Virus genome (UHGV): UHGV-0213406
Reading direction: 5' to 3' (one strand)
Origin: a virus
Length of the DNA stretch: 53,890 nt
Below, piece by piece: positions 9,535-19,921 of the stretch. Position numbers and translations under genes: made by a program. Each line of letters begins with the position of its first letter. Position 1 is the first letter of the stretch. The notes under the pieces are model-generated. The model was not told the origin of the DNA. It searched no databases and saw only the letters and a program-made list of their open reading frames with translations.

Positions 9535-12500
9535 ATGGGAGCGGAAATGGATAGCTTAGAACTTCAAGTTGAGACATCGGCGAAAGGTGCGAATCGTGCC
9601 TTAAGCAACATGGAAAAGAAACTGGAAGCAATAGGAACGTCACTTGGTAAAATATCTGTATTATTGCCTACACTTGGGAAAGTAGGCGATACAAGTGCGT
9701 TAGAGGAACTCAAGGACGCTACAAGCGACATTGAGAAAGCCTTATGGAAAGTTGCAAAGCAGAAAGTAAAGCCGAGAGTAGACCGTAGTGACCTGAAATA
9801 TGCTGTGAAAGATATTGATGACCTGTTCAGAAAATTCCAGGACATAGGTAAAAATACCAATGTTAATGGAATGGGAATTGATGATTTAAGGAAGAAAATA
9901 TCATCTACAGAAAAAGATGTTGACCGATTATATTCAAGGCTTGAAAAGAAACTCGATACAGAGAATGTATCAACCTATGGCAAATCGTATGTGAGTCTTG
10001 TATATGATATTCAGAAAGCTACAGGCGCATTGGACGTATACAAGAAAGCATTGGCTAAGTTGGAAGGTGAAGCACCAAAAACGACATTTGACAGAGGGGA
10101 TTCTGATTCTAAACCTTATGAGCCGCCTAAACAGACAAAACCATATGATGCAAGTGCAGGCAACTACGACGCAAGCGCAATGAAAGCTGTTTATGGCACT
10201 TCTGATATCAAGAACTTCAATGATGCGGTGGAAAAGCTTGGCGGTAACGCAAAACAGGCTATGAGTTCCTTAAATAACATGAATGGTTCTTTTGATTCTG
10301 CCAAAGTGTCGTCCTATGAGACACAGATTGCAAAGCTTAGAAAAGAACTTGCTGATTTGCGCAAACAGGGACTTGGACAGGGCAACGCTGATTACGACAG
10401 GGTAGCACAAGAACTGGCAACTGTAACCGAAAGATTAAGGCAGTATAAATCAGAAGCAAAGAAAACTGCTAAGATAAAGATTGCAGAAGAAAATGATACA
10501 AAGCTAGGCAGACTGTCAAAGAAACTGGGAGAGGTATCATCCAAAGCGAAAGAGTTTGGCAAAACAACAAAAAGTGCACTTGGCTCATTATCTAAGTTTG
10601 CATCCTCTTGTGGCACACTTGGAAACATGCTGATGAAACCAATTTCCATGATTGGCAGACTCACCGGTTCAATCACAGGGCTGCGTAACCAGACCAATAA
10701 GGGCATGTCATGGGGGCGTATGATTGGTTCGTCTATTCTTTTTTCCACGGTATTCGGAGCAATCAGCGCAATCAAACAGGCAATTGCGGATGGGTCAAAC
10801 AACCTTGTGCAGTACAGCACTGCATATAATAATACGATTTCCTCTATCGTCACATCACTTCTGTACTTAAAGAACGCATGGGCGGCAGCATTTTCACCGA
10901 TTATCAGCGTGGTAGCACCATATCTGACAAGATTTATTGACATGTTAGCCGGTGCTCTTAATAAGGTTGGTCAGTTCTTCTCTGTACTCACTGGAAAGAG
11001 CATGGCAGTACAGGCGAAAAAGGTATGGAAAGACTATGGTAGAACGCTTGAAAGTACCGGAACAAGTGCAAACAAAGCCGCAAACGGACTCAAGAAAGCA
11101 AAGAAAGCCGCCAAAGAGTTCCAGACCTATACACTTGGTATTGATGAACTGAATGTACAGCCGAAGCAGTCAAAGAGTTCTGATACAGGAAATACAGGCT
11201 CTACAGGTGGTAGTGGTTCGCCTAGTGCTGGTAAATATGCAATAGACCCATCCACCATGTTTGAGACAGTCAAGCCAAAGAAAGCAATCTCTGACTACGC
11301 TAAACGTTTGAGAGAAGCATTTAAGGCACATGACTGGGAAAAGCTTGGTGCGATCATGGCAGAGGGCGTCAATAAGGGTATGTTAAAGCTCTATAACATT
11401 CTGGACTGGAATAAGAATGGAGCAAAGATTACATATTTTATCAACGCTTTCACTACGACCATGAACTCATTCACTGACCGTATCAACTGGTCACTTATCG
11501 GTGGTACCGTAGCGAATGGAATCAATACCATTGCTCATTCCTTTAATCTTCTGGCAGAGGGATATAATTTTGAAGCACTGGGAGAGAATGTCGGACTTGC
11601 GATTATGAACGCAATCCGCAATATAGAGTGGAAGAACCTTGGAAATGCTATCGGCAATTACTTTATGATTTCATGGAGATTTGCTGTTGGAGTTGTACGC
11701 CAGATACAGTGGGATGAACTGGGCACAAACCTTGCGATTGGATTCAACGGTATGTTGGAGAAAATCGACCTTGGAACAGTCGGTGAAACAGTCGGTCGTA
11801 TCGTTGGCGGTATCATCACAGCCTTTAAGAACTTTGTAGCAAAAGCAGACTGGGGAGAAGTAGCAAAGCAGTTAAAAGATGGTATCAAGAGCGCATTAAA
11901 GTATGCGTCAAACGGTGGAGAGAACAACGGTACTCTTGCCGCTATGCTTGGAATCGGTATTGGTGCTGGAGCATTAAAGGGTATCGGAACACTTGCAACT
12001 ACTCTTGAAAAGCTTTCACCGGGCATTGAGCTTTTGGGCAAGCTGAAAAAGAGACTGAAAGATAGCATTGACTTTGAGGATATTTCAGAAAAGTTAAAGC
12101 CGATTACAAATATCTTTTCCAAAATCGGAAAAGGTGTTGGAGAACTGGTAACGAAATTCCTTAATCTTGCACCTGTACAGAGTATTATCACGAAAGTAAG
12201 TACTGTGTTAGGCAACCTTGCGACAAAGTTTGCACCAATCACAAACTTTCTTACAAAGATAGGCGGTGCAATAGCCGGACTTCCTACAGGAGTCATTATT
12301 GCGGTAATCGCTCTGATAGCGGCTATGCTTATCAACCTGTGGAATACATCAAAGACATTCCGTGATAATGTAAAAAAAATGATTGATATGATCGTGGATG
12401 CATTATCAGAAGCAAAAACCATGATTTGGGATGAAACAATCCTGCCGTTGTGGGACAACTTGAAAGAGTTCTTTGCTTCTCTTGTGGAGATGTACGAATC

Positions 12501-14358
12501 TACAGGAATGAAAGATAAATTCGAGCTTATTGCAACAATTATTGGTAGAGTACTGGCAACAGCAATCACAATCGCAATCAAGGTGTTCGCTACACTGTTT
12601 AAGACAGTAGGTGGTGTGTTAAGTGGTATTTTAACCATACTCACTGGTGTGATCAAGTTTGTTACAGGCGTATTTACAGGAAACTGGAAACTGGCTTGGA
12701 ACGGAGTCAAAAATATTGTTAAGGGTATCGGAAAAGCCATTGGCTCTATTTTCTCTGGCTTATGGAAGACAATCACATCCATCTTCGAGCCGATTGCGGA
12801 GTGGTTCACAAAACTGTTCAAGAAAGCATGGAGCGGTATAAAGAGCGCATTTGCAAGTGCCGCTAAATGGGCGAGAGGTGTCTGGAAAGACATTACAAAT
12901 GTATTCAGCGGTGCAAAGAAGTGGTTTGGAGAAACATTCAGCCATGCGGCACATGCTGTGTGGAAAGCGTTCTCAAACGTAGGAAATGAGCTGAAAAAGA
13001 TTGCCAATGGTTGGTTGTCACTGATTGAGGGCGCTGTAAACGGTATCATAAAGGGTGTAAACTGGGTTCTTGGCAAACTTGGGTCAAAGAAGAAGCTTTC
13101 AACAGTCACAATTGAACGTCTGTCTGTAAAGAAACACGCCAAAGGTTCAAATGGTATACCAGAAGATACCGTAGGCATGGTAAATGACCAGCCAGGTAGA
13201 GTATATAAAGAGTTGATTGTACCACCGAATGGTAAGCCATTCATCCCAGAGGGAAGAAACGTGGTAATGCCACTTCAAAAGGGTACAAAGATTCTTCCGG
13301 CGAATAAGACCGCCGCACTCACAGAGAGTATGCCACACTTCAAAAAAGGTATCGGAGATTTTGTATCCGGTGCATGGGAGAAAGCAAAAGGCGTGGCAAG
13401 TAATATCTTCGAGTATGCTTCACATCCAAGTAAGCTCTTACAGCTTGCTATCAATAAATTTGTTTCAACAAATGGATGGATGGGAACTATCGGAGACATT
13501 GCCGGAGGTGCTGTAAAGACAATCTTCGGTTTGGCAAAAGACTTTATTGCAAAAATGCTGAAAAAGCTTGGTGGTGTAGGTCTGGAAAAGGCTTGCAACT
13601 GGGCGGTAGGCATTGCAAATGATGATAGCCACGGTTACGACCAGAAGCACAGATGGGGCACACCGGACTACGACTGTTCTTCTCTTGTTATTTCTGCTTT
13701 CCAGAAAGCCGGAATTAACCTTAAGAAGAATGGCGCATGGTCAACCAAGAATCTTCTTGAAGTAGCTCTTAAATCTGGTTTCAAGGATGTAACAAGCACG
13801 GTAAACCTTAGTAGCGCAAAGGGTATGAGACGTGGTGATATCCTCTTAAGAAAGGGTCACCATGTAGCGCTCTATCTTGGGAACGGTAAGGCAGTAGCAG
13901 CACACAAAAATGAAAAGGGAGGTATCGCCGGTGGTAAGCCGGGAGACCAGACCGGACATGAGATTGACGTGTATCCTTACTCAAATGCTCACTGGACTCA
14001 TATTCTCCGTTACACCAAAGGTTTCGCCAAAGGTATCGGAACTATCGGTCTTGGTGATTTGCCGAAGTATTCAACAGGTGGTTTCCCGGAAAATGGGTTG
14101 TTCATGGCAAATAGCAATGAGCTTGTCGGAAAATTTGGCGGTAAGAACGCTGTTGTCAACAATTACCAGATTGAGGGCGGTATCGAAGAAGCAACCTATA
14201 GAGGATTTATGCGTGCCCATGAGGAAACAAATAATGATTCTATGCTTCGTGAAATCTTACAGGCAATCAAAGCCGGTAAGTCTATCCAGATAGACGGAAG
14301 AGAAATCGTCCGTGCTTATGATTCACGAAAGAGTAGAAATGGATTTTCATTCACATAG
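9535..14358 (+). CDS. Tape measure protein with C-terminal NlpC/P60-like peptidoglycan hydrolase
   Basis: 1607 aa, helical W/F repeats; GYDQ..RWG.PDYDCSS and GDILL..GHHVALYLGNG catalytic motifs (~13600-14010). Confidence 0.92.
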   Translation: MGAEMDSLELQVETSAKGANRALSNMEKKLEAIGTSLGKISVLLPTLGKVGDTSALEELKDATSDIEKALWKVAKQKVKPRVDRSDLKYAVKDIDDLFRKFQDIGKNTNVNGMGIDDLRKKISSTEKDVDRLYSRLEKKLDTENVSTYGKSYVSLVYDIQKATGALDVYKKALAKLEGEAPKTTFDRGDSDSKPYEPPKQTKPYDASAGNYDASAMKAVYGTSDIKNFNDAVEKLGGNAKQAMSSLNNMNGSFDSAKVSSYETQIAKLRKELADLRKQGLGQGNADYDRVAQELATVTERLRQYKSEAKKTAKIKIAEENDTKLGRLSKKLGEVSSKAKEFGKTTKSALGSLSKFASSCGTLGNMLMKPISMIGRLTGSITGLRNQTNKGMSWGRMIGSSILFSTVFGAISAIKQAIADGSNNLVQYSTAYNNTISSIVTSLLYLKNAWAAAFSPIISVVAPYLTRFIDMLAGALNKVGQFFSVLTGKSMAVQAKKVWKDYGRTLESTGTSANKAANGLKKAKKAAKEFQTYTLGIDELNVQPKQSKSSDTGNTGSTGGSGSPSAGKYAIDPSTMFETVKPKKAISDYAKRLREAFKAHDWEKLGAIMAEGVNKGMLKLYNILDWNKNGAKITYFINAFTTTMNSFTDRINWSLIGGTVANGINTIAHSFNLLAEGYNFEALGENVGLAIMNAIRNIEWKNLGNAIGNYFMISWRFAVGVVRQIQWDELGTNLAIGFNGMLEKIDLGTVGETVGRIVGGIITAFKNFVAKADWGEVAKQLKDGIKSALKYASNGGENNGTLAAMLGIGIGAGALKGIGTLATTLEKLSPGIELLGKLKKRLKDSIDFEDISEKLKPITNIFSKIGKGVGELVTKFLNLAPVQSIITKVSTVLGNLATKFAPITNFLTKIGGAIAGLPTGVIIAVIALIAAMLINLWNTSKTFRDNVKKMIDMIVDALSEAKTMIWDETILPLWDNLKEFFASLVEMYESTGMKDKFELIATIIGRVLATAITIAIKVFATLFKTVGGVLSGILTILTGVIKFVTGVFTGNWKLAWNGVKNIVKGIGKAIGSIFSGLWKTITSIFEPIAEWFTKLFKKAWSGIKSAFASAAKWARGVWKDITNVFSGAKKWFGETFSHAAHAVWKAFSNVGNELKKIANGWLSLIEGAVNGIIKGVNWVLGKLGSKKKLSTVTIERLSVKKHAKGSNGIPEDTVGMVNDQPGRVYKELIVPPNGKPFIPEGRNVVMPLQKGTKILPANKTAALTESMPHFKKGIGDFVSGAWEKAKGVASNIFEYASHPSKLLQLAINKFVSTNGWMGTIGDIAGGAVKTIFGLAKDFIAKMLKKLGGVGLEKACNWAVGIANDDSHGYDQKHRWGTPDYDCSSLVISAFQKAGINLKKNGAWSTKNLLEVALKSGFKDVTSTVNLSSAKGMRRGDILLRKGHHVALYLGNGKAVAAHKNEKGGIAGGKPGDQTGHEIDVYPYSNAHWTHILRYTKGFAKGIGTIGLGDLPKYSTGGFPENGLFMANSNELVGKFGGKNAVVNNYQIEGGIEEATYRGFMRAHEETNNDSMLREILQAIKAGKSIQIDGREIVRAYDSRKSRNGFSFT

Positions 14359-14407
14359 AGGGTAGGTGTCAAAACCTATCCTCTATTTTTGCATGGAGGT
14401 GATATAT

Positions 14408-14794
14408 ATGCCAATGAGTGCATTTTTAAATGTCAACGGTGTAGACTTTCCACCACCGAGACGTGGGTTCTCGTGGACAATCTCTACTACTGTCACAGAG
14501 GGGCGCAATGTCAAAAATGTGGTGGTCGGTCAGAGAGTAGGGAGAGACCTTTACAAACTGGATAATCTGGAATGGGTAGGGCTTTCTCCAAAAACGAGGA
14601 AAAAGATGTTGAATGCGATCAAGCCATTCTATGTGCCGGTTACGTTTGAAGACCCTGCTAATCCGGGGCATCCAATCACGGTGACCATGTATCCCGGTGA
14701 CAGAAGCGGTGCACCACTGTTTGTGGATAAACTTACGCACATGGCTTTACAAGACGAAACATTGAAATTCAATCTGATTGATACAGGACGGTGA
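14408..14794 (+). CDS. Distal tail protein (Dit-like)
   Basis: Follows tape measure; GRN....VVGQ.VGR and MYPGDR motifs. Confidence 0.72.
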   Translation: MPMSAFLNVNGVDFPPPRRGFSWTISTTVTEGRNVKNVVVGQRVGRDLYKLDNLEWVGLSPKTRKKMLNAIKPFYVPVTFEDPANPGHPITVTMYPGDRSGAPLFVDKLTHMALQDETLKFNLIDTGR

Positions 14795-14798
14795 TTCT

Positions 14799-17018
14799 AT
14801 GCAGATGGTAAGTGACGCATATAGAAAGTCCATAAGACAGTTATTCAGAAACAGGGGATATATTAAAGGATCAATCGGAGTTATCAATACAGAAGCACAA
14901 GGAAACGCAAAAATAGCAGATACAAAGCTTGCTGCATGGAGCAATCCAGATATTTATGACAGCTCCGGTGCAAAAAAACTTTATGCGACCGCAGAGGAAA
15001 ACTTTACAAAGGCGAATGGAAGTTTTTACTTTGTGGATGATACCGTGACAGGAAATACAGGAGCAATCACCGATTCTATCATGGGTGCAATGACGTTCAT
15101 TTTCAATGGTGGGAAAGATTATAACATCAAAGGTCTGACGATTGATTTTGGTGATTGTTATCCAGAAGTATTCGTTCTACAAGTCAATGGAAGCGAAAAC
15201 CACACCTATAGTAATGCTTCACCCGTGTGGACTTGCACGGATGTATTTGACGGAGCAAGAAGTTTTAAAATCATACCGCAACAGATGTCAGACGAAGCAG
15301 AAGCAAGGCTTAGGATTTATTCCATTCAGTTTGGTATGGTAGACACATTCGGTAGTGATGAAGTGCTTTCCTGTTCTGTCAGTGAGTATGTATCACCGAT
15401 AGCAGAGAGCATACCGAGCAAGGATATTGATCTGAAATTGGATAATCTGGACGGTATGTACAGCCCAGATAACGATTCCAGTGCCGCTGCTTATCTGGAG
15501 CTTGGACAGGAGATACGGATTGCATTTGGATATGACATAGACGGGTTAGGAACAATTGAATGGTTGCCAGAGATAAAGTCCTATCTGAAATCATGGAGTG
15601 CGACCAAAACGGACGCAAGTTTCACATGTACCGACCTGTTTGACGGAACAATGGATAAAACATACTACGGTGGGAAATATAGCGAAACAGGAAAGACTTT
15701 GTATGTACTGGCAGAGGAAGTGCTTTCTGACGCAGGGGTTGCGGAAGAGGATTATTTTCTTGATGAATACTTGAAAGAAGTCACAGTCAATAACCCTGTT
15801 CCTGCGGTCAAACATTCCGAAGCATTACAGTTGATTGCCAATGCCGGAAGATGTGTGTTAAGGGACGATAGGGACGGAAGAATCTATATCCAATCATCCT
15901 TTACACCGGATGTAACAGCAACATCCGTAAATACGGATTCAGACCATAGCAATCTACAGGCAATCTTACAGGACGTAGGAGAGGCAAAGGCTTACGCAAT
16001 GTCTTCCAGAGATTTTGTGAAAGCAGATGGCTCTATGCTGTTTGATGGGGATAACCAGTCCAATATCGTTGTGAGCAATGTGTCAGCGGATATAGACGGT
16101 AATTTTACTTCCAATCCGTCCATTACATTATCGTATGAGCGTGTATTTGACGCATACGGCTTCGGTATTAACTTTGTCGGTAATTTCCCTAGTGAGTTTA
16201 CTGTAACGTCTTATTCTGGCGATATAGAGCTTGAGAAGATGGTGTGCAGTCCAGAAGATTTTATGTATCAGACATCCCATACGTTCTACAAGACAGATAA
16301 GCTTGTTTTTGAGTTCACAAAAGGCTCACCAGAATCCGTAGTAGCAGTTAGTAATCTCGCAGTCAACGGTGTGACAGATTATGACCTTGCGGATGGCGAT
16401 GACATCACAACAGAGCCGACCGTCACAAGGACGGAGAAACTAAGAAATCTTACAACCAACTATACAAAGTTTGTTCCATCCAGTAACGCAACAGAGATTG
16501 CGACACAGGACATGACAGTAACAGGGAATACAACCTATACGTTCTATTTCACAGACCCGTCATTCAACATGTTTGCTGTTGTGGAGGAAGATGGCAAGAG
16601 CAAAACAGCAATCAAAGCCAAAGTAATAGCGTCCAGTAACTACTACGCTACGGTTGCTATCACGGGTGTAACAGCAAAGGCGAAAATCAAGGTAACACTG
16701 AATGGAAACTACTACACCAAGAAAGTTTCCGCAAACACGGTCAATTACCAGAAGTCCGGCAATGATGTGACGTGGGATAATCCACTTGTCAGCACAAAAG
16801 AACACGCACAGGACTTAAATGAATGGCTGTCCACCTATTATCTTGGCAAGGTAGAGTATGAGATCGGGTGGCGTGGCGACCCTAGAACGGACGCAAACGA
16901 CATCTTCTACTATACCCGTGCTGACGGTGAAAAGTATAAAATCCGTGCCTATCAGAATGATTTGGATTTTGATGGTGGATTTTCTGGAAAGATTAAAGCA
17001 AGGATGGTGATAGAATGA
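14799..17018 (+). CDS. Baseplate hub/tail tip protein
   Basis: ~740 aa beta-rich; H.EALQLIANA and WRGDPR.DAND motifs; follows Dit. Confidence 0.75.
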   Translation: MQMVSDAYRKSIRQLFRNRGYIKGSIGVINTEAQGNAKIADTKLAAWSNPDIYDSSGAKKLYATAEENFTKANGSFYFVDDTVTGNTGAITDSIMGAMTFIFNGGKDYNIKGLTIDFGDCYPEVFVLQVNGSENHTYSNASPVWTCTDVFDGARSFKIIPQQMSDEAEARLRIYSIQFGMVDTFGSDEVLSCSVSEYVSPIAESIPSKDIDLKLDNLDGMYSPDNDSSAAAYLELGQEIRIAFGYDIDGLGTIEWLPEIKSYLKSWSATKTDASFTCTDLFDGTMDKTYYGGKYSETGKTLYVLAEEVLSDAGVAEEDYFLDEYLKEVTVNNPVPAVKHSEALQLIANAGRCVLRDDRDGRIYIQSSFTPDVTATSVNTDSDHSNLQAILQDVGEAKAYAMSSRDFVKADGSMLFDGDNQSNIVVSNVSADIDGNFTSNPSITLSYERVFDAYGFGINFVGNFPSEFTVTSYSGDIELEKMVCSPEDFMYQTSHTFYKTDKLVFEFTKGSPESVVAVSNLAVNGVTDYDLADGDDITTEPTVTRTEKLRNLTTNYTKFVPSSNATEIATQDMTVTGNTTYTFYFTDPSFNMFAVVEEDGKSKTAIKAKVIASSNYYATVAITGVTAKAKIKVTLNGNYYTKKVSANTVNYQKSGNDVTWDNPLVSTKEHAQDLNEWLSTYYLGKVEYEIGWRGDPRTDANDIFYYTRADGEKYKIRAYQNDLDFDGGFSGKIKARMVIE

Positions 17019-17419
17019 GCTGGACTGAACCAAAAACAAACTGGACAGAGAACGATTTTTTCAACATAAAAGATTACAATAGAATCAAGAACAATATCGC
17101 TTATCTTACGGAAGAGGTCAGTAATATTGTAGCGCCAGTAGACGGAACAGACATGGGAGAAGATGTCACCAGTACCCTTGTGGTATGGAAGAGTGACCAG
17201 TTCAACGCCATTGAAAACAACATGGATAAGGTTGTAGCAGCTATGGGTGATGAATTTGACAAAAGACGATACTTCCCGAACGGTGCGTTCATCAATGCGG
17301 ATTCACTGAACCGAATCGAACAGGCGTGTCTTGATACTTATAAGGCAGTCAAGAGCCAGACAACGTGCCTTACAAGGCTTGACTTCCGACTTGGTGATGT
17401 ACAACTTGGAAATTTGTAA
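17015..17419 (+). CDS. Minor tail/baseplate protein
   Basis: W..PKT.W...D.FN..DYNRIK.N and LNRIE motifs. Confidence 0.7.
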   Translation: MSWTEPKTNWTENDFFNIKDYNRIKNNIAYLTEEVSNIVAPVDGTDMGEDVTSTLVVWKSDQFNAIENNMDKVVAAMGDEFDKRRYFPNGAFINADSLNRIEQACLDTYKAVKSQTTCLTRLDFRLGDVQLGNL

Positions 17420-17431
17420 AGGAGTGGTGAT

Positions 17432-17935
17432 ATGAAAACAGATTATAAAAATGACATTCTGGCAGAATCCATGAACGGGTTGCGCAGATATGAAATGATA
17501 AACAATGACGATGGAACAGTGTCTTTTCGTGATGTGTCCGAGTACACGCAGACAGGTGACGGAGTGACAGCCGGAGTAATGAACAGCATTGGAACTCACA
17601 TAGAGGATATCGAAGATTTTCTGAAACTTGGATATTATGTCGGGGAAGTCAGCGTTCCGATTCCTCTTATAAGTGCCGGCAAAACTTTTAAAACAACGGT
17701 GGAAATCCCGTCTGCTGGACAATACGGCGCATATGTACCTGTCTTTTCGGCTGTAAAAGGAACTGGTAGCAACAACATTTACAACTACTATCAAGAGATA
17801 AGAACGGTCAGAGACGGCGAACAACACATTGTCGGATACACACTGTATTCAGAATGGAAAAATCCATCTTCAATACTTGTGGATAAAGCAACAGCAAAGA
17901 TAAACATTCTCTATTTGAGAGAATTCTTTTTTTAG
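17432..17935 (+). CDS. Minor tail protein (possible short receptor-binding protein)
   Basis: KTDYK.D.L......R.Y.MI.N.DGTVSF.DV..Y.Q.GD N-terminus; beta-rich C-terminus. Confidence 0.6.
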   Translation: MKTDYKNDILAESMNGLRRYEMINNDDGTVSFRDVSEYTQTGDGVTAGVMNSIGTHIEDIEDFLKLGYYVGEVSVPIPLISAGKTFKTTVEIPSAGQYGAYVPVFSAVKGTGSNNIYNYYQEIRTVRDGEQHIVGYTLYSEWKNPSSILVDKATAKINILYLREFFF

Positions 17936-17953
17936 TTTAAGGAGGGAATAATC

Positions 17954-18709
17954 ATGTCAATTATTTCAAAAATGTTCAAAATTAGAGCAAACAAAAAGAA
18001 CTACGGGGCAAAACGTAGCACAAAAAACATTAAATATATCCCCATTCATTTCACAGCAAATGACGGTGACCACGATACATCCAACGGAAACTACTTCAAG
18101 AACAACGTAGTAAAAGCGTCAGCACACTATTTCGTGGACTCCGACTCTATCACGCAGTCCGTACCAGACAATTATGTTGCATGGTCTGTCGGTGGTAGCA
18201 AGTACGGTGACTGCGCAAAGACAGGTGGTGGCAAGTTCTATGGCAAGTGCACCAATTCCAACAGTATCTCTATCGAGTTGTGTGACGATAAGAAGAACGG
18301 AAAAATCTATCCGTCACAGGAAACTATTGACAACGCATTGCTTCTCACAAAATACCTTATGAGGAAGTATGGAGTGCCGAGCGCAAGAGTCATCCGTCAC
18401 TTTGATGTGAACGGTAAGCGTTGCCCGGACTACTGGTGTGGAACGGCAGAGAAGAATCTGAAATGGAAAACAGCTTTCCACAACAAACTTACACAGCCAA
18501 CCAAAACTTCTGGCAGTTCATTTAAAGTAAAGACACTGCGCAGACTCTGTATTTACAAAGGCGTAGGAGTGAAAAAGACAGGTAAGAAAACAGATGTAGA
18601 TGTCTATACCATCACAAAAACAGCCTATAAAGGCAAAATGAAGTATGGCTATTTGAAATCTGGTGCCGGTTGGATTAAGATTGATAAGAAATATGTAGAC
18701 CGACTTTAA
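17954..18709 (+). CDS. Endolysin, N-acetylmuramoyl-L-alanine amidase (Amidase_2) with C-terminal cell-wall-binding domain
   Basis: IH.TAN.GD, ASAHYFVD, SISIELC, IRHFDV.GK.CP; C-terminal YG.LKSGAGWI. Confidence 0.92.
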   Translation: MSIISKMFKIRANKKNYGAKRSTKNIKYIPIHFTANDGDHDTSNGNYFKNNVVKASAHYFVDSDSITQSVPDNYVAWSVGGSKYGDCAKTGGGKFYGKCTNSNSISIELCDDKKNGKIYPSQETIDNALLLTKYLMRKYGVPSARVIRHFDVNGKRCPDYWCGTAEKNLKWKTAFHNKLTQPTKTSGSSFKVKTLRRLCIYKGVGVKKTGKKTDVDVYTITKTAYKGKMKYGYLKSGAGWIKIDKKYVDRL

Positions 18710-18750
18710 CACAAGGTCTACACAAGGTCTACACAAGGTATTACACAAGG
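18709..18750 (+). repeat. Tandem ~11-bp repeat ACACAAGG(TCT) x4
   Basis: Copies start at 18709, 18720, 18731 and 18743. Confidence 0.9.
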
Positions 18751-18787
18751 GGCTTGTAGGATAATTCTTACAAGCCTTTTTTATTTT
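18748..18787 (+). terminator. Late operon terminator
   Basis: GGCTTGTAGGA/TCTTACAAGCC stem plus T tract. Confidence 0.8.
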
Positions 18788-18859
18788 AAATTTACTCTTG
18801 ACTTTGTACGCCCAATCTGATAAATTATAGTTGGAAAGTACATAGAAGGGAGTGATTAT

Positions 18860-19045
18860 ATGTCACCAAAATTAGGGCAAAAGCTGACGGATAATCCTAA
18901 GAATGTAAAGTTGAATTTACGGCTTACGAAACAGGAAGCAAATGACATTCAGTATTGCGCTGACAAACTTCACACAACACGAGTTGATGTTGTAAACAGA
19001 GGAATCCAAAAATTGAAAAAAGAAATTGACAACAAAAAAGAGTAA
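18860..19045 (+). CDS. Small ribbon-helix-helix (CopG/Arc-like) regulator
   Basis: DNPK...L.LRL...E......CA.....TR.DVV..GI pattern. Confidence 0.65.
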   Translation: MSPKLGQKLTDNPKNVKLNLRLTKQEANDIQYCADKLHTTRVDVVNRGIQKLKKEIDNKKE

Positions 19046-19142
19046 TCGTTTCCGTTTGGCGACATTAACGATTACTCAGCCAAAGCGACATCCGTAAGGG
19101 ATATCTATATTCTATTATACGATACTCCTTACGGAAAGTCAA
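19034..19142 (-). ncRNA. Antisense sRNA (promoter plus terminator) opposing the antirepressor leader
   Basis: Minus-strand TTGACT-17-TATAAT (19142-19114); 11-bp terminator stem 19040-19077 with U tract. Confidence 0.6.
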
Positions 19143-19160
19143 ACAAGGAGGTAGTATATC

Positions 19161-19919
19161 ATGAACAATCTTCAAATTTTCAGCAATAATGAATTCGGAA
19201 ACATTAGAACTGCGACAATTGATGGTCAGGTATGGTTTATCGGGAAAGATATTGCAGAAGCATTGGGATACTCAAACGCAAGCAAAGCAGTTTCCACACA
19301 TGTAAACGCAAACGACCGTATTTTACAGACTTTAGAAGCAGATTCCCAAAATGGGAATGTGGTAAAAACTCAGACAGCACTTATTAACGAATCTGGATTA
19401 TATGCTCTTATCTTTGGCAGTAAGTTAGAATCGGCAGAACGCTTTAAACATTGGGTAACTTCTGAAGTCCTCCCTACACTTCGCAAAACAGGAAGTTACG
19501 GTATGCCACAAGGAAAAGAATTACTTGCCCTTGCTGTCATTGAAGCGCAGAAGACAATTGAAGAAAAGGACAAGGAAATAGAGCGTATGCGTCCGAAAGA
19601 AGTTTTTGCTGACGCTGTAGCATCTTCCAAAGACTCCATACTTATTGGAGAGTTGGCAAAGCTTATCTGCCAGAATGGATATAGCGTTGGTCAGAACCGA
19701 TTGTTCACTTGGATGAGAGACAATGGGTATCTGATGGTGCAGGGAGCATCAAGGAACATCCCAAAACAGAGATACGTTGAGCAAGGATTGTTTGAAATAA
19801 AAGAGAGTTCCATTGCCAATCCAGATGGCAGTGTAAGGCTGATTAAGACAACCAAAGTCACTGCCAAAGGACAGCAATACTTCATCCAGAAGTTTTTGCA
19901 GTTCCACCAGAGAGAATAA
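19161..19919 (+). CDS. ant: Antirepressor (BRO-N + KilAC/ANT domain)
   Basis: FGNIRT...WF.GKDIA.ALGY, INESGLY.LI, F..WVT.EVLP; RPKE.FADAV, T.VT.KGQ.YF. Confidence 0.9.
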   Translation: MNNLQIFSNNEFGNIRTATIDGQVWFIGKDIAEALGYSNASKAVSTHVNANDRILQTLEADSQNGNVVKTQTALINESGLYALIFGSKLESAERFKHWVTSEVLPTLRKTGSYGMPQGKELLALAVIEAQKTIEEKDKEIERMRPKEVFADAVASSKDSILIGELAKLICQNGYSVGQNRLFTWMRDNGYLMVQGASRNIPKQRYVEQGLFEIKESSIANPDGSVRLIKTTKVTAKGQQYFIQKFLQFHQRE

Positions 19920-19921
19920 AA

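Noticed and set aside
11658..13244. 528-aa minus-strand ORF
   Set aside because: Antisense shadow of the tape measure gene; no RBS or recognisable motifs
1750..18709. Diversity-generating retroelement targeting fibres
   Set aside because: No reverse transcriptase, and no template/variable repeat pair noticed by eye
18709..18750. Short repeats as a mini-CRISPR
   Set aside because: Tandem 11-mers without spacers
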